Assembly: GCA_951406725.2 (NCBI GenBank)
Contig: OX597821.1
Span: forward strand, 66,030,001-66,094,000
Length of the DNA: 64,000 nucleotides
From: Octopus vulgaris
Taxonomy: Eukaryota
Reading direction: 5' to 3'
The notes under the pieces were generated by a model that saw only the letters and a program-made list of their open reading frames with translations, was not told where the DNA came from and did not search any database. The position numbers were made by a program, and so were the translations under genes. This document shows positions 53,866 to 64,000 of this stretch, piece after piece; within the stretch, counting starts at the first letter, position 1, and each line of letters opens with the position of its first letter.

Positions 53866-54268
53866 TGGGGCCAGATTAAGACCATAAGGTACTTACAATT
53901 AAAAAATCTCGGTAGCCCCATATATATGTAATTCAAAATTTAAACAATAATAAACCATAAAATACATTCTCATTTTTCAAAATGAATCCAAGCAAATAAT
54001 AAAATGTATACTTTCACTTCATCTTTATTTGAAGGGTTTCCTGCAGCTCTTTTTTAAATTCCAAAATCTTGATCAGATCCTTAAAATTCATGTTACACAA
54101 CTCATCTGCTCCTATTCTTAGTAGAAACATGGAATGCTGTTTATCATTTTAGTAAGTTTAAAGCGATTTTGTTTTCAAGCTGTAAATCATTTACCATTTC
54201 TGTGGCACTCTGCTTCCCTTGACTCCCTAAGCACATGCTTATTTTGCTTAATGTTTAATCTGGTGGGG
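53866..54268 (-). mobile_element. hAT deletion derivative with transposase C-terminal remnant
   Basis: LLRIEADELCNMNFKDLIK resembles the end of the hAT dimerisation domain. TIR-like GGGGCCAGATTAAGACC / TTTAATCTGG. Confidence 0.6.
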
Positions 54269-55026
54269 CTCATTGCGCCTATTTAGAAACCTATATAAAA
54301 CATGGCACCAATTACACCGGAGTAACCTTCTGATTTTCAACCATCCAAATTAGAAGCATTCATCTAGCAATGTCTTACAAATAACTATTTATAGCTGAAT
54401 TTGCTTTTGAGATACATTGTTAATAAAAACTTATTTACATATTTTTTAATGCTTCTATATTTACATTCTAAATGTAAACACCATTCAGTGGTTTCCAACA
54501 GACCAATCACTCACTGTATTTCTGACAGTGACAAGCATGTGTCTGTAACTTGATGCTGAACAAACATATCAAAAGTTATCATTCCTAAAGCATGGTTTTT
54601 TTTTTAGGTTTCTTTTTTTTTTATGGGAGGGTATGTGAAGGAAGTGGAGGTGGGACAGGTTAAGTTGTCAATGATTTTAATATCCTTCACTGATGTATAT
54701 TATGAAAAGCTATACAAACACATACACAAATATATATGCAAGTATACACAAAATACATATACACACACTCAACCACACACAAACACACACATGGTTTGAA
54801 AGTAATGCAAAAGTAAGGATAATTACTTTGTTAACTGACAGTTTGGTTCACATTGCACAAACTTGCAGAGTAACCACTCATCCTCTGTTGGTAACTCTTC
54901 ATTGTGCAACACCTGACGTATAACGATGGTTCTACGCAGAAGCAACATGACATCACTGGAGTTCTAAATGAAGGTGGGGTACAGGCTGTCAGACATCAAT
55001 AAAAGCTTACAGATTACACTTACATA

Positions 55027-55186
55027 GGCGTAGGAGTGGATGTGTGGTAAGTAGCTTGCTTCCCAACCACATGGTTCCGGGTTCAGTCACCTTGAGCAAG
55101 TGTCTTCTACTATAGCATCGGGCCGACCAAAGCCTTGTGAGTGGATTTTGATAGACAGAAACTGAAAGAAGCCCATCGTATATTTG

Positions 55187-55260
<74 letters not shown>

Positions 55261-55506
55261 TGTGTGTGTGTGTGTGTATATGTTAGTGTGTCTGTGTTTG
55301 CAACTCCCCCTCCAACATCGCTTGACAACCGATGCTGGTATGTTTGTGTCCCCGTAACTTAGCGGTTTGGTGAAAGAGACCAATAGATTAAGTACTAGGC
55401 TTTACAAAGAATAAGTCCTGGGGTCGATTTGCTCGAGTAAAAGGCGGTGCTCCAGCATGACCACAGTCAAATGATTGAAACAAGTAAAAGAGTAAAAGAT
55501 TAAAAG
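55027..55506 (+). mobile_element. SINE family A, full length, long (TG)n
   Basis: Head and tail match. Confidence 0.92.
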
Positions 55507-55694
55507 GGCTGTCGACAGAGATGGCACTGCAGGACGTTTGAAGAGGAGGAAAGAGTGTTGAAGATGAATGGGGGGAAACCATCAATTACAACCACTCATA
55601 CAAATCACCAGTGAGTGGACAAAATGATTTGCATGGACAGTTGGGTCACAATCTGCGAGCTTGCTGCACATATGTGCTGTAGTCAGAATGCTTT

Positions 55695-56014
55695 GGTGAA
55701 GGCTTAGTGATTAGGGCATTTGGTTCTCAATCATAACGTCGTGAGTTCAATTCTTGGCAGTAGATCATGTCCTTGAGCAAGACACTTTATTTCATGTTGC
55801 TCCAGGCCACTCAGGTGGCAGAAGTGAGTTGTACCTGTAATTCAAAGAGCCAGCCTTATCACATTCCGTGTTATACTGAATCTCCCTAAGAACTATGGTA
55901 AGGGTTTGTGTGTCTGTGGAACGCTCAGCCACTTGCATGTTAATTTCACAGGTAGTCTGTTCCGTTGATCGGATCAACTGGAACCTTTACAGTTGCAACC
56001 AACGGAGTGCCAGT
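55695..56014 (+). mobile_element. SINE family D, tail type 2
   Basis: tRNA boxes and CORE-like domain. Tail shared with 31444-31743. Confidence 0.82.
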
Positions 56015-56483
56015 AAGTCACAATGCTTTACAATGGATACTAGAAGACTCTGAGAGTCAGAAAGGATATGCAAAATAGGTAAATCAACAGCTGACACCCA
56101 GTGTGAAGGTGAGAATGATGGAAGTCAGTTCTGATCTACTGGAAGCATTTTGAGGCCGATGAAGATGTGTTTTTTTTCTTTTTCTTCCCATTCTGGTAAC
56201 AGTGATGAAACAGGAATGATGTAACAGTGATGAAACAGGAATGACGAAAAAGGAATGGAATTTTTTGATCCAGAAATAAAGGCTATGACTAAGGTTTAGC
56301 ATCATGACTCTCCTCTTAGACCTAAATAGTTCAAGAGCCAGCCATAAGCACAGAAAGTTATGGTGACTGTTTTTAATTGGTGAGTGACAAGGATATCATT
56401 CTCCATGATTTTCTGGAATTATGTTGTACAGTGAACTACAAATGGTACATTAAGGCACTCAAAAAGCTTGGAGAAGTCACGAT

Positions 56484-56713
56484 GCGGTGAGCTGGCAGAA
56501 ACGTTAGCACGCCAGACGAAATGCATAGCGGTATTTCGTCTGCCGTTACGTTGTGAGTTCAAATTCCGTCGAGGTCGACTTTGCCTTTCATCCTTTCGGG
56601 GTCGATAAATTAAGTACCAGTTACGCACTGGGGTCGATGTAATCGACTTAATACCTATGTCTGTCCTTGTTTGTCCCCTCTGTGTTTAGCCCCTTGTGGG
56701 TAATAAAGAAATA
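56484..56713 (+). mobile_element. SINE family B, full length, young
   Basis: CpG-rich, intact A and B boxes. Confidence 0.9.
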
Positions 56714-56720
56714 GATATAT

Positions 56721-56929
56721 CTATTATTTACATTATTTACATTTGACAGATATTTGTTCTCATTTTGTTTGTTGTTAACACAACGTTTCGGTTGACATAC
56801 CCTCCAGCCTTCTTCAGGTGCCTTGGGGAAATTTCGAACCTGGGTTCTCATTCTTAAGGTATTTTTCCATGTTGTTATTATTATTATTATTATTGAGGTC
56901 ACTGCCTGGAATCAAACTCGGAATCTTGG
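56721..56929 (-). mobile_element. tRNA-fragment/(TAA)n/Penelope-hammerhead element, copy 1
   Basis: Minus strand reads CCAAGATTCCGAGTTTGATTCCAGGCAGTGACCTC-(AAT)n-GAAAAATACCTTA..GAACCCAGGTTCGAAATTTCCC-hammerhead-(GTAAATAAT)2. Confidence 0.75.
56777..56822 (-). ncRNA. Minimal type I hammerhead ribozyme (Penelope type)
   Basis: GGCAC-CTGAAGA-A-GGCTG..CAACC-GAAAC-GTT-GTGTT, with palindromic AACGTT stem III. Confidence 0.75.
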
Positions 56930-56930
56930 T

Positions 56931-57225
56931 GCTACTAACCCCAAGATTCCGAGTTTGATTCCAGGCGGTGACCTCAATAATAATAACAATAATAATGGGA
57001 CCTTTTGAGCGGGATGGGCTACTCAACCTGAAGAAAATTCTAACTGGGCCCCACCTGCAAGGTCATGTGCTGTTTATCTTGATATGAGATCACCATGTCG
57101 CGCACATATGGTTGTGATGCATGTGCCTGGTGTACCCTTATCAGACGGGTAGTCATGATGGGTATATTGGGCTTCGTATATTTTACCCCAGTGTCACTTT
57201 GATGGCATGAACTGCTCTCTCACTC

Positions 57226-57275
<50 letters not shown>

Positions 57276-57430
57276 TGACAACAATAACATTGAAAAATAC
57301 CTTAGGAATGAGAACCCAGGTTCGAAATTTCCCTAAGACACCTGATGAAGGCTGTAGGGTATAACAAGATGAGGACAAATATCCGTCAAATGTAAATAAT
57401 GTACATAGTTCCTCATAAATATAGAACTGT
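56931..57430 (+). mobile_element. tRNA-fragment/(TAA)n/Penelope-hammerhead element, copy 2 (inverted; hammerhead 3' half deleted)
   Basis: Reverse complement of copy 1. GACACCTGATGAAGGCTG at about 57337 lacks GAAAC. Confidence 0.75.
56997..57225 (+). mobile_element. 5'-truncated TAA-tailed retroelement inserted in the (TAA)n of copy 2
   Basis: Matches 24038-24266. Confidence 0.8.
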
Positions 57431-57644
57431 AATATCTATGTATTTTTAACATTTCTCTTATCTGTTCTATTCATATACCTTCTCTCCACCATTGTAACTC
57501 TTGGATTTTCAGAAGAATGTAAAGGTTTACCTAAACCTCAACCACAGTCATTCAGTCATTCTTGCATAGCCATGCACTCAGTGAATAGATTAATGTGAGG
57601 TTTCTTTGATTCTTTGAATTCCTATTCTTCTAGATATATTTTTT

Positions 57645-57845
57645 TATTCTTTTATTTGCTTCAGTCATTTGATTATGGCCATGGTGGAGCACCACCTTTA
57701 GTTGAGCAAATCGACCCCAGGACTTATTCTTTGTAAACCTAGTACTTATTCTACTGGTCTGTAAGTTATGGGGATGTAAAGGTACCAGCATTGGTTGCCA
57801 AGCGATGTCAGGATGACAAACACAGACACACAAACATATACACAC

Positions 57846-57890
<45 letters not shown>

Positions 57891-58042
57891 ATGGGCTTCT
57901 TTCTGTTTCTGTCTACCAAATCCACTCACAAGGCTTTGGTTGGCCCAAGGCTATAGTAGAAGACACTTGCCCAAGGTGCCACACAGTGGGACTGAACCCG
58001 GAACCATGTGGCTGGTAAGCAAGCTACTTACCACACAACCAC
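57645..58042 (-). mobile_element. SINE family A
   Basis: Reverse-complement match. Confidence 0.9.
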
Positions 58043-58454
58043 AAATTTTTTTTCTCAATTTTATTTTCTTCTCTCCATATTTCTTTCTGTAGAAGAGCAT
58101 AGGCTCAAAATTTTTAAGACACTTCTATTTTTCCTGGAGAATCAAACTAATATACCATGTTTCTTGTTCCCTCATCTATCCCCATCTTTTGCTGAACACA
58201 TTATCATCATAATTTAACATCTGTTTTCCATGCTGGCATGGGTTGGACGGTTTGACAGGGGCTGGCTGGCTAGACAGAAGACTGCACCATTTCCCATTGT
58301 TTGTTTTAGCAGGGTTTTCGTGGTTGGATGCTCTTCTTAACACCAGCTGCCCTTACAGAGTGGACCAAGTGCTTTTCACACACAAACACAGACACACATA
58401 CACACCACCACCACCACCAAACCATTTAGAAGCTTGAAGCTACTACTGCATTCC

Positions 58455-58650
58455 TTGACCTGCTAAAATTAGCAACCACAGAAGGAAAAAAAAAATCCAA
58501 AACATCAATGTTGTTCTTATACACTAAAGCTGAAAAAAGAAAAAAAAATGCAAAAAAGGTCACAGCTGGAATGTCTTTGACCATACATCTGCTTGATCAG
58601 GATTGATTCTAAGCTAAACAACAACAACAACAACAACATCAGCAACAGAT
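58455..58650 (+). mobile_element. Family C (CAA-tailed short repeat); related copies near 10170-10420, 24480-24700, 30440-31020, 32620-32820, 34320-34500 and 36420
   Basis: Recurring AAATAGCAGCCAAATCTC...GTCA.AGCTGGAATG.CTTTGA.CATA...GGGCTAAACAACAAC consensus. Confidence 0.65.
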
Positions 58651-59115
58651 TTTAGCTCCAGCCAAATGGAGAAATAGGTGAGTGAACAGAAATTCTAAAT
58701 TCTAGGCAAATATTTATTTTCTTTCTTTTTGTTTTTGGAGCGTTGGACCATTTATTTTTGAGATGTCAGTTCTTTCTTTGTTGTTAGATTTTATGTCAAT
58801 AAATGGTATTCTTATTGATTTTTTTATTCCTCAAAGAATGTCTACATGCTGACTTTTAAGCTGTGTTGGTAAAAGGAGGGGAAAAAAACCAGGCTATTAT
58901 AGGAACAAAATATTCTATGAAAATTCGATATTTAACTAATAGGTTTCTACATATATCTGTATGCACCAATGAATGAGGAGGCTTCTACATATCACTCAAT
59001 CTGCTAGAAATAGCAGCCCGAAATCTCTCTCAACTCAAACACATGCAACCATAATGAAAAAAGGACATGTTCAATAGTTTAATCCTAGTTTATAGTATGG
59101 TAATCTGGATTCAGT

Positions 59116-59378
59116 GTGGAGGCATGTGGCTTAGTGGTTAGAGTGTCAGCATCATGATCGTAAGATTGTGGTTTCAATCCCTGGACCGGGCAATGCGTTG
59201 TGTTCTCGAGTAAAACAATTCATTTCAGGTCACTCCAATCCACTCAGCTGGCAAAAATGAGTAACGCCTGCGATGGACTGGCGTCCCGTCCAGCTGGGGA
59301 GCACATACGCCATTGAAACCGAGAAACCAGGCCCATGAGCCTGGCTAGGCTTTAAAAGGGTATATTTATTTTATTTAT
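59116..59378 (+). mobile_element. SINE family D, tail type 3, with 15-bp TSD
   Basis: TSD TAATCTGGATTCAGT at 59101-59115 and 59379-59393, and a (ATTT)n tail. Confidence 0.92.
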
Positions 59379-60174
59379 TAATCTGGATTCAGTCTACGCA
59401 AGTTGTGGTAAAAAGAAAATACATCCAGTGAGACACCTCCACCTCTTCCTCATCCTTCCCTCAGTATTACCACCACCACCATCACTATCATCATCATTTT
59501 ATTATTTCTCTCTGCTTGCTTATGTCAAACGAAATTTACTGAGATAAATTTTCTACAGCTGGATTGTTCTTCCTGTTGCCAACCATCATGTGTTTCCAAA
59601 CAAAGATGATAATATTATCATCTGGTCTTTTGGAAAATGATTATCAAAATGGCCAGACATACCTCTATGAAAAATATCAAATGAATGAAACTGCTTGTGT
59701 GGAGGTGAAGCTTGTTTACAACTATTGCACAATGTCAAAACAAAAAGATATTAACGTACACCCACACACACACAGACACACGCACCAAACTTCTTTTGAT
59801 TCCATTTACCAATTCCACTAACAAGGTTTTCGTCAATCTGGAGATATATTAGAAGACGTTGGCCCCAAAGTATAGTGCAGTCCAAGTGACCACCACACTG
59901 ATGCAAAACAGACTTCTGAACTACAATATCATGCCTACACCTAATAAATAGAAGCAATGGAGGTTGAACAAAGAAATATATGACATGATGGTCACAGTTG
60001 GAATTCCTTTGATTATAGGTTAGTTTAAACATATATCCCTCCCAAGTATTTTAAGGTTTTTGACTTATATTTTCTCATGTAAAACAAAGGTTCCAGTGGG
60101 TGGAGGATGCGTTATCACTTAACATCTGTTTTTTAATATAAAAAGTATAAGAAGTCTGTCATATATATATATAT

Positions 60175-60558
60175 ATTCTTTTATTCTTTTACTTGTTTCA
60201 GTCATTTGACTGTGGCCATGTTGGAGCACCACCTTTAATCAAACAAATCAACCCCAGGACTTATTCTTTGTAAGTCATGTACTTATTCTATTGGTCTCTT
60301 TTGCTGAACTGCTAAGTTATGGGTACGTAAACACACCAGCATCAGTTGTCAAGTGATGTTGGGGGGACAAACACACACAGACATATATATATATATTTGA
60401 TGGGTTTCTTTCAGTTTCCATCTACCAAATCCACTCAAGGCTTTGGTCGGCCTGAGACTATTGCAGAAGGCACTTGCCCAAGGTGCGACACAGTGGGATT
60501 GAACCTGGAACCATGTGGTTGGTAAGCAAGCTTCTTACCACACAGCCACTCCTGCGCC
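60175..60558 (-). mobile_element. SINE family A, full length
   Basis: Reverse-complement match. Confidence 0.92.
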
Positions 60559-61399
60559 TATACATATATATACATATACATATATATATACATATGCGTT
60601 CACAATAATTTCATGTCTGTCTCTTTCCAACTAAACTTTTAGCTATCAAGCTAAGTACCTACCCACCTGACTTCCTGTCTAACTATCTATCTGTCTGATT
60701 ATCTCCCACTGTGATTATCTGTCTGTCCACACACACACACAATTTTTCAATCCATATCATCTCTACTTCCTCACTCTCCTTCTCTCTCATGCACAATCTC
60801 TATCTTTTCCTCAGCCCTCTCTTTCTTTCTTTCTCTCTCTCTCTCTCTCTCTCAATCATTTGTCCTCTTTCTCTCCTTCTCTCCAAACCTGTGTCTTTCT
60901 TTTACTTTTACTACTAACTTCTCCCTCCTCAGAGCTCCATTAGATAATACAAAGGTCACCAGCTGTGTGACCTTAGGGACATGCTATGCAAGATGGTAGC
61001 AGCAACCTACCTCACACATTCCAGCTGCAGCTCTAAGGAGCCGCACCAGCAAAACCGTCGCCACCACTGCCGCCACCACCACCACCACTACCACCATCAC
61101 AACCACCACCACCACCAAATACCACCCACTTAAACATTAATAAATGTCCTATGTCACTAATTTATCTATGGCATGAATGCAGGGAATTTTTATGCCCTCA
61201 GAGGTTGAACACTAATGTGACAACAACAGCATCATCATCAGCAGCACAATATTAACATCAGCAGCAATAACAACAACAACAACAGCAAAAGCAACAGCAA
61301 TTTCTCATCAGCCCAAATACCAGCCCCACCCCCACTCCTCCTGGCCTTCTGCCTAAGAGATGTTATGTGTCAGTAATATTCAAGTATATAAAAAAAGGT

Positions 61400-62130
61400 T
61401 GGTTGTGTGTCTGTGTAAGATGAGGTGTGTTGTGTGTGTTTTGTGTATTATGTTGTGGTGTCTGTTGTGTGAATGTGTTATGTTGTTATATGTGTTGTGT
61501 TGAATGCATGTTGCATTGAACGTTTGTGTTGTGTTATATGTTTTGTGTTGTGTCGTATGCGTCATTGTATGTGTGTGTTGTATGCATGTGTTGTTATATG
61601 TTTTGTGTTGTGTTGTATGCGTGTGTGTGTTGTATTGTATGTGTGTGTTGTATGCATGTGTTGTTATATGTTTTGTGTTGTATGCATGTGTTGTGTTGTA
61701 TGCATGTGTTGTGTTGTATGCGTGTGTTGTGTTGTATGTGTGTTGTGTTGTATGTGTTGTGTTGTATGCATGTGTTGTGTTGTATGCATGTGTTGTTATG
61801 TTTTGTGTTGTGTGCATGTTTTGTGTTGTATGCATGTGTTGTGTTGTATGCGTGTGTTGTGTTGAATGTGTATTGTGCTGTGTTGTGTGTACTGTGTTGG
61901 ATGTCTATGTATTGTGTTGTATGTGTGTGTTGTATTGAATGTGTGCGTTGTGATGCATGTCTGAGTTGTGTTGAAAGTGTGTAGTATATATGTGCAGTGT
62001 CGTGTGTGTGTGTGTGTGCTGTATACATGGTTGCATTGAATGTATCTGCATTAAACATGTGAGTAAGGTGTTTTGTGTGTGTGTGTTTCTTGTGTGTGAT
62101 GCATGTGTGTTGTGTGTGTATATACAGAGT
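61400..62130. repeat. (GTGTT)n / GTATGCATGTGTTGTGTT compound satellite
   Basis: Direct inspection. Confidence 0.92.
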
Positions 62131-62522
62131 ATGGTGTGTGTGTATGGGAGTGCATATGGTGAAATGGCAGAGTTGTTACAGCAACACACAAACAGCCTCA
62201 TAATATTTATTCTAACTCTCTTTGTTGCAAGCTCAAATCCTATCAAGTCCAACTATGCCTTTCATATTTTAAGGATCAATAAAAAGAAAGCACCAATTCT
62301 GATTGGTGGCTCAATGGAACCATCAGAATGTTCCGGTTCTTTATATTCAAATGGAAACTGAGAAAATGACAGTGCTAAAATTTATCAGCGTTGCCTTTCC
62401 TTTGCAAAACGTTGATGGCATTGTGAAACATTAAACACTCCTGGACCTCACAGAAGAACTTTGCAGCTGTAAAAATTCATGATCATCCACAATCAATGAG
62501 GCTATGCGTTTATGTATATATA

Positions 62523-62742
62523 TACGAAAGGGTGTTGAAAAGCTACTAGCGTTAAGGGTATTGTGAAAGGCCAGGCTGGAGTCCCAACCTTCTGAGTTCT
62601 TTTACAGGGATCAGAACAACTGAAAGGCCACTGCAATAAGTGTGAATATCCGAGAAGGGGACATGTTGGATAAAATCATAATTAACTGAGTCTCCTCCAT
62701 TTTCTTTTACCCAAAGCCAGGAACTTTTCAGCATTCCCACAT
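62523..62742 (+). mobile_element. mariner-derived MITE, copy 1
   Basis: TIRs TACGAAAGGGTGTTGAAAAG / AAGCCAGGAACTTTTCAGCA, in a TA context. Homologous to 63304-63518. Confidence 0.8.
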
Positions 62743-62777
62743 GTGTGTGTATATATACGTACATATATAAATCCTTA

Positions 62778-62895
62778 AAAATGTTTTAGCCCGAAGGCTG
62801 CAGCCATGCTGGGGCACCACCGCCAAAGAAAGACGTTCCCATGCCGGGAATCGAACCCGGGCCGCCTGGGTGAAAGTCAGGAATCCTAACCACTA
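62778..62895 (-). mobile_element. Minimal tRNA-Glu plus CR1-type-tail retroposon
   Basis: tRNA body, an 11-nt linker, then GGCGGTGGTGCCCCAGCATGGCTGCAGCCTTCGGGCTAAAAC. Confidence 0.75.
62836..62895 (-). pseudogene. tRNA-Glu(TTC) pseudogene, about 12 nt missing at the 5' end
   Basis: TAGTGGTTAGGATTCCTGACTTTCACCCAGGCGGCCCGGGTTCGATTCCCGGCATGGGAA. Anticodon loop CT-TTC-AC and intact T arm. Confidence 0.85.
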
Positions 62896-62904
62896 TATAT
62901 ATAA

Positions 62905-63301
62905 CTAGCAGTATCGCCCGGCATTGCTCGGGTTTGTAAGGGAAATAACTATATAAGCATTTTTAGAGATGTAAAGTATAATAGCCATCTCAATATGGCT
63001 AACCACAAAGGGGGTGTTACTGTAGCTTTTTACGTTCTGAGATTTAATAATACATTTTTAGAGAGTTACTTCCCTTATATAATAGCAAAAAAATGCATTA
63101 AAAATGGGAAAAAATGATGGTGGTAAATTTTTTTTTAAATCGTAGACTCATCGTAGACACGCACTAATACCTAGAAGGGCTCGATATGAATCACAACTAT
63201 AAGATACCCGCTTTTGGTTACACTGCACCGCAAAATGTGGGAGTAGTTAGGAATCTAAATCGTAGGAGACAGACACACAACTTCACTTTTATATATAAAG
63301 A
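62905..63301 (-). mobile_element. Non-autonomous Helitron, complete
   Basis: Minus strand A|TC start, 3' hairpin CCCGAGCAATGCCGGG, CTAG|T end. Confidence 0.88.
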
Positions 63302-63303
63302 TA

Positions 63304-63518
63304 TATGAAGGGGTTCTAAAAGTTCCTGATTTTAAGGGTACTGTGAAAGGTCTGGTTGGAGCCCTAAGCTTCCAAGTTCTTTTACAGGGCTTACAAAAAC
63401 TGAAGGAGCACTGTAATAAGTGTGTGAATCTGAGAGGGGATTATGCTGAATAAAATAATTGACTAATCTTCCTGTATAATCTTTTACCGAAAGCCAGGAA
63501 CATTTCAGCACCCTTGTA
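63304..63518 (+). mobile_element. mariner-derived MITE, copy 2
   Basis: Retains the transposase end FFTGLTKTEG/HCNKCVNLRGDYAE*, with right TIR ...TTCAGCACCCTTGTA. Confidence 0.82.
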
Positions 63519-63547
63519 TATGTATGTATGTATGTATTTATGTATGT

Positions 63548-63879
63548 GAAGGTGCATGGCTCAGTGGTTAGAGCACCGAGCTTATGATCGCGAGGTTGTG
63601 AGTTCGAATCCTGGACCGAGCTGTGTGTTGTGTTCTTGAGCAAAACACTTAAATTCACGTTGCTCCAGTTCACTCAGCTGTAGAAATGAGTTGTTACGTC
63701 ACAGGTGTCAAGCTGTATCCGCTTTTGCCTTTCCCTTGGGTAACACAGGTGGCGTGGAGAGGGGAGGCCGGTATGCATGGGCGACTGCTGGTCTTCCATA
63801 AACAACCTTGCCCAGACTTGTGCCTGGGAGGGTAAATTCCTAGGTGCAACCCCATGATCAGTCATGACCGAAGGGTGTC
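63548..63879 (+). mobile_element. SINE family D, tail type 1
   Basis: Well-preserved tRNA head (TGGCTCAGTGGTTAGAGC..GAGTTCGAATCC). Confidence 0.9.
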
Positions 63880-64000
63880 CCAGTATATTTATGTATGCAT
63901 GTATGCATATGTGTGTGTGTGTGTGTGTGTGTAAGGATGGGTGTGTGTACGTTCCAGTTTCCCTTGAAACTCAGAGTGGTAACTGTGAGTGATTTCAGTG

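Noticed and set aside
58657-58678. 22-nt micro-exon with GTGAGT donor
   Set aside because: The acceptor lacks a pyrimidine tract and follows a CAA repeat tail.
62836-62895. Functional tRNA-Glu gene
   Set aside because: The 5' acceptor strand and part of the D arm are missing, there is an anticodon-stem mismatch, and it is fused to a LINE-type tail.
63548-63620. tRNA genes at SINE heads (also 42295 and 59116)
   Set aside because: They continue into shared SINE bodies, and the acceptor stems do not pair.

Overview
Eukaryotic, AT-rich, microsatellite-saturated DNA. The repeat repertoire (tRNA-derived SINEs with (TA)n(TG)n cores, CAA/CAT/TAA-tailed elements) looks like an Octopus (coleoid cephalopod) genome; this is inferred from remembered repeat sequences, not from a search. 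No intact protein-coding gene is supportable. Nearly all ORFs in the track are simple-repeat translations, and the few protein-like ones are decayed transposon remnants: R4/Dong-type, CRE-type, Tx1/L1, CR1-type and RTE LINEs, a Helitron helicase, and hAT and mariner transposases. The window is probably a large intron or intergenic region with at most a few weak candidate micro-exons. The most interesting signals are RNA-level: (i) several Penelope-type hammerhead ribozyme motifs, one with a G3-C8 swapped core and one fused to a tRNA-derived head in a fold-back pair; (ii) a CR1-type LINE 3' stem-loop shared, with compensatory changes, by the dominant SINE and by a minimal tRNA-Glu element; (iii) SINE heads paired with different LINE tails; (iv) closely spaced inverted SINE pairs; (v) a pre-miRNA-like hairpin. 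Coordinates were read by eye and are approximate. Family labels A-E are my own.
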